This document shows, in pieces, positions 54,250 through 64,000 of a stretch of DNA of 64,000 nucleotides (position 1 is its first letter; every line of letters starts with the position of its first letter). The notes under the pieces were generated by a model that had not been told where the DNA came from, made no database searches, and was given only the letters and a program-made list of their open reading frames with translations. The translations under genes and the position numbers were made by a program. Location of the stretch: the NCBI GenBank assembly GCA_964016885.1, contig OZ024743.1, forward strand, positions 17,112,001 to 17,176,000. The letters are read 5' to 3'. Source of the DNA: Eledone cirrhosa (lineage: Eukaryota).

Positions 54250-55510
54250 GCTTAGCTGGTGAGGAATGTTATATAGAAACACCATGCGGAATTTGAAACA
54301 ACGCCCTTCATAAGGAGGAGAAACTGCTGTAAGTCAATGGCCATTCATTAACTGGGGTCTGTAGGTCACTAGGTGTTGCACCAATACTTTGATATCAATA
54401 TTTCAAAATTGTGATTGATCCAACACAAGCCTTTACAAATCTAGGCAATTAATTTGTCTATAGCTCAACAGCTTTTCCAGTTCTGTCTATGAGATGAACC
54501 ACTTCGCCCTGCCTCTAAGTCATTTGTTTTAACAATCAGGATTAAGGACGCTGAGCAGGTAAACTAACCCCAAACCCACCCAAAACAAGTATACTCTGTT
54601 AAGCGGGAACAACCTGGACACGTGTATCCAAATGTTCCCTTATTGTTAGGATACAATTCGGTAAGGTTTCGAAATATGTGAAGCCCTTTACTTATTTTGG
54701 CAACAAATAGAACTCCTATGTATCCCTGAATGATGTGACAGCATATTTCCAAACCACCTTATGCCTTTAGAAATCTAAACTCTCGTCAATGGATTTTCAG
54801 ATGTAAATCCTGAAAAAAGGTTGCGGTTTATCTTGCAGCGTTACTGGCACGTTTATACAGCTCGGTGCCATTGATTCTTTATGGCACCCAGGATTGATGT
54901 CTTCAACAAACATGGTTTTTTCTCATATCTCTAGTTATGCACTTCTGACAGAATAATATATGACTTCATGATCACCAGGTTCAACATAGGTGGTATTCAG
55001 GCAGATCTGACGTAATCCTAACTTAGATGGTGTGTTCATGTCCTAAAGATAACAGAAGACATCACAGAATTTAATGTTATGCCGTCATCTTCATAATTGT
55101 GCACTTAATGTATGTAGACCATCACTCAGATATAGAGGCAAACTGAATTACTAGCTTAAAGCTGTGAACATACATCTTACTTCATTGAAGAGTTACCTAC
55201 TGACCATGGAAAATGAAACATTCCTGCCCTATCTGGTGTATCTTCAATATCTAAGAACGAACTCCAAGCTTTGATCAGATCTTTCATCCGTTTCCGTTCA
55301 CAATACTGATATACACTTAATTCGGTTTGATGTGGAGTGGGACTGATAAACGATATAAGGCAAAATCTGATCAACATGATCTGAGAAGACTGTTGAACAC
55401 TCACACGTCTATAGTGTCCATAATATATGTCCATAATATGTGTATCGGTAATATGTAGGCACACATAAGGAAAAACATACTCATGACATATTTTTCTAAA
55501 GGTCATAGCT
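54250..55510 (-). mobile_element. Possible very decayed Ty3/gypsy pol fragment
   Basis: Ordered weak remnants FPWS, SKLGL..VEPGD, LDF*RHKV, LYPN resemble gypsy RT motifs. Confidence 0.3.
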
Positions 55511-55780
55511 TATCAGCAACATGTTGGTGTTTTGTAGATTCTGAATAATAAAGGTAACTATATCCAATATGATTTAATGATATACTTGAAGCTAAACCTG
55601 TATACAATGTGTATTCGAAGCATTACCCAAATTCGTTTACATCTGTAATGTTATTTCTTCTAACATAAATGGTAATTTAAATCTGAAAACTTTACTCCGA
55701 TGTGAATTAAATCGTTATCTAGAAGCGTTACGAAATAAATTATTGATGCCATATTTGCATAATTAATAGATCATTCAAAG

Positions 55781-55821
<41 letters not shown>

Positions 55822-56502
55822 ATGTGTGTATGTGTGTGTATGTGAGTGAGAGAGAGAGAAAGTTCATGTGTGTTTGCGTGCATATATTATATGATATATG
55901 ATATATGTATATAATATTTCTTCAACATTCAAAGGAACATTTCCTCCCATAAACAATACATGCAAATAAAAGAAAGACAAATATTTTATCACATCTTACT
56001 TTGAATTCCATTTTCAGAGTAAATAACAGTTTCTCGTAATTAATAGGTTCTCACATTTTGAAATAGGGGACAATGAATTAAATTACTTAAGTTATTTAAA
56101 ATCTGATTTCATTATAAAGAAAATGATTACTATAAAATGATAATGCAATTTCTATCACCAGCAATTTAAATATGAAATGTATTGTGATTACTACAACTAA
56201 TTTATTAAATAATTGAAATAAAATTGAAGTAAGTTGAGTAAGTTGAGTTCTTAATTGACTTCAGATATTATCACTGTCACCAAAATCATATATCTCCTGA
56301 AATTTCGACCGTCTATTATGGCTTATTTTGATATAAAACACGAAATCTGTCTTGATTAACACTGTGCATTTAGATCCAATGTCAACCGTGTTTTGATGTT
56401 TTTTAATGATAGTATGTCTACAGGAGCTAATGATTGAAAACTAGATAATTGGAAGAAACATTTAAACATTAAACATTTAAACATTTAACATGAAACATTT
56501 AA

Positions 56503-56680
56503 ATATCGGTAGCGTGTCGGACGCCATGCTTTGCAGCATAGAGTTACGTCCCTTTACAGTATGAGTTCAAATCCCGCCGAGGTTAACTTTGCCTTTCATC
56601 CTTACGGGGTCGATAAAATAAAGTACCAGTAATACCCTGGAATAATTGCTGACCGTGTGCCAAAAGTAGAAACAATTATT
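56503..56680 (+). mobile_element. tRNA-derived SINE
   Basis: tatcggtagcgtgtcggacgccatgc...gagttcaaatcccgccgagg...gtagaaacaattatt. Confidence 0.9.
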
Positions 56681-58121
56681 ATAAGACGCTGCATGTTTAA
56701 GCGTGTTTGTACATTCTATTGCATTTACTCTTCATGCTATATTAACATTTTGTAGAAAATCTATGCAACTCTTGGCATTCTCATCACGTAAAGAATGTTT
56801 CATTACAAATGGTTAAGTAATGATTTAGTATTTCGAAGTATGTTTATAGAAATTTGTAAATTTAAGTACATGAAAGTGTGTTTGTTCATTTCATATTTCT
56901 CACCCCAGAATGGATAATTATCATCAGTACCGGCATCTACAAATGTTCCGAAAGCCTAATAAAATTACAATTACTTTTCTAATGTATTTGAAGTTGTGTG
57001 ATTGTCTTTCATTACAAGTGTTTATCTCTGGTTGACATGTTTTATATTCAATATATTCAATAAAGCCTGGATAGATATACAATCACAACTAAATATATAG
57101 TCTTTGAAGATGTATATGTTTTTTCATTGCATGAGTTGTAACCCATATTTCAATAATAATTCCGCATTGTTTCCTATCTTCTCGCAATCATACATTTGAC
57201 TTAAAGATGTGGTTCCTCAATAATATTCCACACTAAACATTCTGTACGTCATGTACAAGCAAAATTCTGAAAAAAGAAATGTTAAATTTAAGTAATTCCT
57301 CTGCGTAATATTGTCATAACTATCTACCCATTCCAAAGATTGCTGTCTCTATGATCAAGCAAATCTCTTACGAACTGCATTATCCACCTCTGCCACCATC
57401 GCTTTGTTGTGTATTAGGCAGTTCGTCTTGTGTATATGAAGGTATGATGTAATTTGATAGCGATTTGGCTGTTATTTATTACAAGTCGACCGACAGCCTA
57501 GCGACACTATGTTTGAAAATTTCGATGTCACTGCGAACTTCATATTCCAGCTTTATTGCTGAAGCTGCAAAATTGTCGCTTGATGTATCATAAAATGTGG
57601 CACCCCAAATGAGATACTTACTTATTTGAAGGAAACCAGGCTATCCCATATTAAATTATGAATTTAATTCAGTCGCAGTTGGCTTCCATTTTTTCTTCAG
57701 GATAAAACCGAGGATTATTATATTGAAATTGGAGACAAACTAAATAAGCGCAATTATAAGAACTAAACAAACAATTAAAATATATCTTCTAATATTGAAA
57801 ATGGGATGATAATTAAAAAACATCAGAAGATAAAAAAATATATTTCTCCTACGTTGTGATGTCGAGAAACATGAGAGAACCGTGGATTGGCTAGTGTCTT
57901 CACCAATATTTGCGGCTACAATAATTTATCACTACTTGGATGGATGTAAAAGATGTTGCCCAGAGCAGAATCTGCGCTCAGAACGATAAGAACATGCGAA
58001 TCAGTAACTCCGACAAACATGTGTACTGTAACTGAAAGTTACGTTTTTTTATAGTTTAATAATAGTAAAGTTTATCCAGTTTCTCTCTTGTGTATCAGCA
58101 ACTATAAAGTAGTTTAATATA

Positions 58122-58326
58122 TGTCTAGTTTTGGAACAAGGCTAGCAATTTGAAAAGAATGGGAAAGTCGATTAAATCGAGCCCAGTTGGTTATTAGTAC
58201 TTTATTTTCCAAAGAAGAAAAACAAAGCTAACCTCGGCGGAATTTGAACTCAAAACATAAAGGGTCGTAAATCTATGGCGCAAAGCATCTTGTCTGAAAC
58301 TTACCGATATTGGATATCAACGCCCA
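58122..58326 (-). mobile_element. Diverged SINE
   Basis: aacctcggcggaatttgaactc and the 3' acaaggctagcaatt motif. Confidence 0.75.
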
Positions 58327-58907
58327 CTTATAATGTTTTAATGTTTTAATATAACCAACTAATATTTATGTTTCTAAATTTGTTGAATATATTCTAAAAA
58401 TGATGATGTGTATATAAGTCTATATTTGTATAAATATATATATACACATTTACACACTCTATCTTAAACACTATTCCGTATTTATACAGATATAAATTTA
58501 ACAAATACATCGGCTGCATAATGCAAAATTTAATGTATGTTTTAAATAATTTTTTTGCAAAATTTCAATGGCAACATAGTTACTAAAATATGTAAATTAG
58601 TACGTCCTTCCGTGATTGCTAATACATTTAAAAGGCTTTCAAAACGCCTTCATCTAGATATTTCCCTTTGATTGTTTGATATATCAATTCTTTGATAAGT
58701 GTAGAAATTACCTTCAATATATTTCTCTCCCTCTCTCTCCCCCTCTGTGTCTCTCTCTCTCCATATATACATATATATATATATATATATAATATGTATA
58801 TATGTGTGTGTGTGTATGTATGTATTTGTGTTGGTATGTGTGTATAATACATACAAACGCACATACATTAACACACAAATACACACTCCACAAATACATA
58901 CGTACAT

Positions 58908-58970
<63 letters not shown>

Positions 58971-59244
58971 GGAATCTGAAATATTGGAATCGAAACTTAT
59001 AACTTATAACAATAATAGATTTAGAGATTCGGGTAAAATACTCCTAGGAATGGAAAGTATCACCAGCTGATGCGATGAAGTATCAATCTCAGTATCTCTC
59101 GAATACATGCGAAGGATAAAAGAGATATAGAATTTCATTATACGTAGAAGCTGCTGGACACTTTTTCTACATCCCTAATTTTACTATACTTTATTTTCTA
59201 ATGCATTTATTATTTATACTGTTTAATTGTTATTACTGTTATTA

Positions 59245-59845
59245 AGTGCGTTTGTATATCGGTGATCAACACACGAACACAAAAATACACACGCACACAA
59301 ACACAAGAATTGCAGGAACACGTGCAGTAATGCGGCAGCTTTATCCTCCGGTAAGCAGAATAATGGAGGTTGGTGTAAAAGCCAAACTCAATATCTTCAA
59401 TTCAATATATGTGCTAACCTTTATCTATGGTAATGAATGTTGGGTAATTACCGAAAAATACGATCGGGAAAAGAAGAGGCCGAAATGGTGTTCTTCCGAT
59501 AGGTCTCTCGATTTAGGTTACTTGATAAAGTGCGTAGTGCGGAGATCAGAGAATCGGTCCAGTTAGAGCCGCTATTTCTCCGAATTAAGTGCATACAGGT
59601 CCGATACAATAGACATGTGTTTAGTATGTCTTGGGAAAGAATCCATGAACAGATTTGACAGGCAGGCGACTGAAAGGTAGACACTGACAAAGATGTTTGG
59701 CTAACATCCATGAGAGTGGCTTGTCACGATTAGTGACCCAGACGGATAATATGAAGAGGCCTGCTTCTGACAATACCCGCCGTAAGGAATGAAGATGCAC
59801 CCCTCACAACCCTCTCAGGAATAAGTGGGTGAAGAAGTGGAAAAG
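59245..59845 (+). mobile_element. Decayed 3' end of an RTE-clade LINE
   Basis: RIAGTRAVMRQLY..KAKLNIFNSIYVLTFIYGNECWVITEK. Confidence 0.75.
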
Positions 59846-59980
59846 AATATATATATATATATAATCTGAGTTTTTCGACTATTAATAATGATTTCTTTAT
59901 TATTTATTTATTTATTTATTGTTTTTTATATTTATTTATTTAATTTTAATGATTTCTCTGTCTTTTCCACTATTAATAAT

Positions 59981-60093
59981 TGTTTCTACTTTAGGCACAA
60001 GGCCAGCAATTACCCAGTGCATTACTGGTACTTTATTTTATCGACCACGTAAGGATGAAAGGCAAAGTCAACCTCGGCGGGATTTGAACTCAA
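59981..60093 (-). mobile_element. 5'-truncated SINE with 17-bp TSD
   Basis: TSD tttccactattaataat at 59964 and 60094. Confidence 0.9.
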
Positions 60094-60321
60094 TTTCCAC
60101 TATTAATAATAACATTCAATTTGTTTGCAATTATGCAACAAGCCTCAATTTTAAAACCATGTCAGTAGAATGAACACTTCATTATTGGTCTTCTGTTGGC
60201 ATGTAAACAGAACTGCAGACGCTAATGTTTCTGGGTTTTACCCTTCACCAGTACAGGTCACTGTTCACCTGTCAACTGTCCGAGGTAGTAAACATTATAT
60301 ACTGTTTTATTAAATATATGT

Positions 60322-60428
60322 GACTGATCGGCCTTATGTGCATATTAGCAGACTGGCTTATTAATCGTATCTGCATATTAGCAGATCCACTGATCAGCCA
60401 GATTTGCATATCAGCAGACTGGCCAGTA
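60322..60428. repeat. ~33-bp imperfect minisatellite, three copies
   Basis: tgcatattagcaga, tgcatattagcaga, tgcatatcagcaga. Confidence 0.75.
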
Positions 60429-62587
60429 AGTTTCCTATATACGAGCGATACGGTCGGCTTTGCCAAATTCAAATAAACAAAACATTTTCGCTCTACATCG
60501 CTGAATACATTAAACATATATGTATATATTATGTTAAAAATCCAGGGGTTTTATAGTGAGAACGGAAATATATATGAGCTGGGTGTATTCCTCGCACCAT
60601 TTATTAGTAGTTTAATGACAACTGAAACAAATGAATCAGTCTCTTGTAGGTGTTTTTATGATTCCCACTATTGTTGATGGCGTTGGTGGTGATTATGTTG
60701 CTGCTCTCTGTAGTGCTATTAGACTTTTGCTTCTGTTGTTCTTATTGCTGGTTGTTGGAGCTGCGACCGAGGTTGGTGTCGCAGCTTCTATCGTTCACTG
60801 TCGGTGTTGCTGCTTTTGGAGTCTATGTGTTGGAGGCAAAGTAACAATGTGGGTCCTCGTTTCCGGTTAAGGGCAAAATGTTCTCAGGAGATAACTCGCT
60901 CTGCTAATGAAAACGTAGATTTTGCCAACTGAAAATATGTTTCAGTGTTTAGAGAAACCTAACCCACTAGCTGAATGAGATGGGAATATGTTCTATCTTG
61001 TTTGCATTGATATATAGGAGGATCTCTAAACTTATCTCCACACAAGTGAGTCTGAAATACAAGAGTGGGTCACAACACTCTCGCATCTACAGGCCAGGAT
61101 ACATTTGGTGTCCAATCCTGTCGGGATCCCTATGATCTTGACCCTTACAGTTCTTTCTTCTCAGCAATATTTTTTTAATACTAAGTAGTCTGTCTGCACG
61201 ATGACCATACAATACTTGTCGACCAGAGATTCGGCTCTGAAGAGGAATGAAATGCCTGCGTATTGCCTTGCTTCAGACATATCCTCTACATCGAACATAA
61301 TGACTTCCATTGTTCTTACACAGTTCCGCTGTGATGCCATTTCTATCCATCTAACCGAATGTATAGAAATAGTTCTGTAGGTCATAATAACATTTATCTG
61401 GCGGTCAACCACACGGGTGGGAGAGCTATTTCAGCAATTGTGTTTTGTGATTTTTTTTCATCAGGCCGCGTACACCTAAGATGATTTATTCAGAAGTGTT
61501 TGCAGCCATAGCTGCAAATATGTTGTTGCTGCCGTTATTATTGTCTATGCAGTTATAGTTGTTCATGATGTTGTTGCTGTTACTGTCGTCGTCATCGTTT
61601 ATTTTACTTTTGTGTTGTTTGTGTTATCTTGGTGGTGATACTTGTGTTGGAGTGGCTGCTATCGCTGTTGTTTCCGTGACTGCCACCACCTCCATTGCTG
61701 ACTCCACCGTTGTTGGTGAGAACACTCTATTCACCATCATTGCTCATTCTACCGTTCTCATCAGCCCCGTTGGCATTGCTGTTTACGATTATGTCACTAA
61801 TATTTACAAATTCACTGTTCGGTTCATTGTAAAGTTGGCTTCTATTCAGCAGACTAAAATTGTCCGTCTACTCTCTTTCTTTTTCTAACAATGAGATGCT
61901 TATATGGCAAACTAATCCCCATTTGTCCCTTTAGACCCGAAGAACTACAAGTGGAGAAAATCTAACCAGCTCCCGAAGGTATGGGCTAGCTTGTCTATAA
62001 AACGGTAACATATGTTCAATATTCAAATATAAGTAACAATATCATTGCTAATAATCTTACAAGAGCGATGTGCCTCAAGTGTCGACAAGCGAACGAAAAA
62101 ATAATAATAATATCAACAATAGCAATAAAAACAATATTATTTAAAATAAGAAAACATGTCGTCGGATTATACTGAAGAGAAAGAGAAGAAAGAGAAAAAT
62201 TACATTTTAAGTATTGGGATTGTTACAGAATAAATATTATCAACGTTTCTCAACAGTACTTGGAGTGTCTGAAGCATGAATAGAGATGTTATACATAAAA
62301 ATCATAGAGCCCACTAGTAAAAGCGTAATATCATTCTACATCAAACCATCTTTAATAAAGTATTCTAAAAATTCTCACTATTAACTATTAAATTGAGCGC
62401 ACTCCTTATGTAAGAATAATAAATAATACAAATATAAACCAACTATCGTAACAAACACAATTACTTGGGATATGTAAACCAATATATATATATATATATA
62501 TATATATGATAAAATGGGTAGAAAAATACTGCTGGTAGCACATGGATAACATGTAATAAAATAAGTCCCTCATCAGTGATTTGCCGA

Positions 62588-62669
<82 letters not shown>

Positions 62670-62675
<6 letters not shown>

Positions 62676-63611
62676 TAAAAAGGACGATTGATTATTCCTT
62701 CATTGCATTTATTGATAGGTGACGCGCGTTTCGCCACTAATCAGCTCAAGGTTCGATCTATATCGATCCTACCCGACTCAATAATCGGCAACTCGACGGA
62801 CCCTCTTAAAATGCTATAAGAAAATGAAATACATGCTATGTGGTAAAGTCAGAGTTTCAAGAGTTTGACAAAATGAGTTGTTTTGATTGGTGGGAAGGAT
62901 CAAGGCGATGTACTGGCCTGTAGTGTATATGGGGGTGGGTGTGATGGTGAGTTGTTAGTGACGGTCGGTGGATGAGGTGGGCTGTGGTGTGGTGGTGGTG
63001 GTGGGTTGGCCTTGGCGTGTAGAGTATGTGGGGCTAGATGTGATGATATGGTGGTGGTTATGGTTATTTAGTGGGATGGGCTGTGGTATGAGGTTAGTGG
63101 ATTGTCAGTAGACTGGTTGGCGTGTTGGTGGGGGTGTGGTAGTGGTGCTGTTGTCTGTGGTAGCGGCGTTTGTGGTGGTGTGGTGGATGTATTGGTGCGT
63201 CAAGGTCCTTACATAGCTACATAGCAAGACGCTCTTCGTCTGACAGATACTTTGTATATACGTATACGCACACACACATATATGTATATATGTGCACATA
63301 TATTGTTGTATAAACACACACAACACAAAACACATACGCACATCCTTGCCCACACATATCGATACACGCTCACACTCAGCCGTATGTATATGTACACACA
63401 TGTATGTGCATGCGCGGATGCGGACACGAATATGGAGAGTGGGGGGAGGATCGGTGGGGGTGGCGAACGACAGAGATGGGGGGGAAGGTGAGAGGCAATG
63501 TAGAAGGTGTTTTACATATATACATACACATACATACATATGGGTATGGGCACATGGACTCACATTCATGTATGCAAAATATACACATACACACTCACAC
63601 ACACGTATACT

Positions 63612-63665
<54 letters not shown>

Positions 63666-63985
63666 TGTACAGACAACACACACATACACGCACATATACA
63701 CATACATGCACATATATGACCTCACCTACACATACAGTCAGATTCACCCATATACATACATGTAGACGTACACATACACACACATACATACACATACATA
63801 TATACACACACATACACATACGCATACACATACATACATATATACAGATATATATATATACACGCATACAGATATATGTATACACATGTGTTCACATACA
63901 CGCACATACATATAAATATGCGTACACGCAAGCACACTTAAACGCCCGTATGTGTAAAAATACTTACACACAGACACACACGCTA
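62670..63985 (-). mobile_element. Possible PLE pLTR/3' UTR remnant with low-complexity CA/GT sequence
   Basis: Minus strand gctgattagtggc-GAAA-CGCGCG-TC near 62720-62748 is an HHR 3' half. It abuts (TA)n(GA)n. Confidence 0.35.
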
Positions 63986-64000
63986 TTGTTGGTTGGGGAG

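Noticed and set aside
57620-57740. Minus-strand exon upstream of a GTAAGT donor
   Set aside because: No convincing open frame or acceptor found.
60631-61888. Hydrophobic, membrane-protein-like ORFs
   Set aside because: Decayed (GTT/GCT/GGT)n low-complexity sequence with no recognisable domain.

Overview
AT-rich, microsatellite-dense animal DNA, probably an octopus (inferred from the repeated OK-type tRNA SINE and the (TA)n/(ATT)n/(CA)n load). I find no confident host gene, and nearly all short ORFs are microsatellite artefacts. The window holds: (1) several Penelope-like elements with C-terminal GIY-YIG domains plus many small non-coding relatives, all in (TA)n tracts, most with a 5' inverted segment, a 3' unpaired tail and a type I hammerhead ribozyme (HHR); (2) a 4-kb retrozyme-like tandem array of ~424-bp HHR units (11984-16066) with a trimeric higher-order pattern, and a second 526-bp HHR repeat near 53 kb; (3) a frameshifted autonomous-type Helitron (24.0-29.96 kb, minus); (4) a 15-kb nest in an (ATT)n tract with an L1/Tx1-like LINE and head-to-tail R4/Dong-like RLE retrotransposons, one with an intact 1130-aa ORF; (5) SINEs, decayed RTE LINEs and a 2-kb foldback palindrome. 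All motifs and pairings were read by eye, so coordinates may be off by a few bases.
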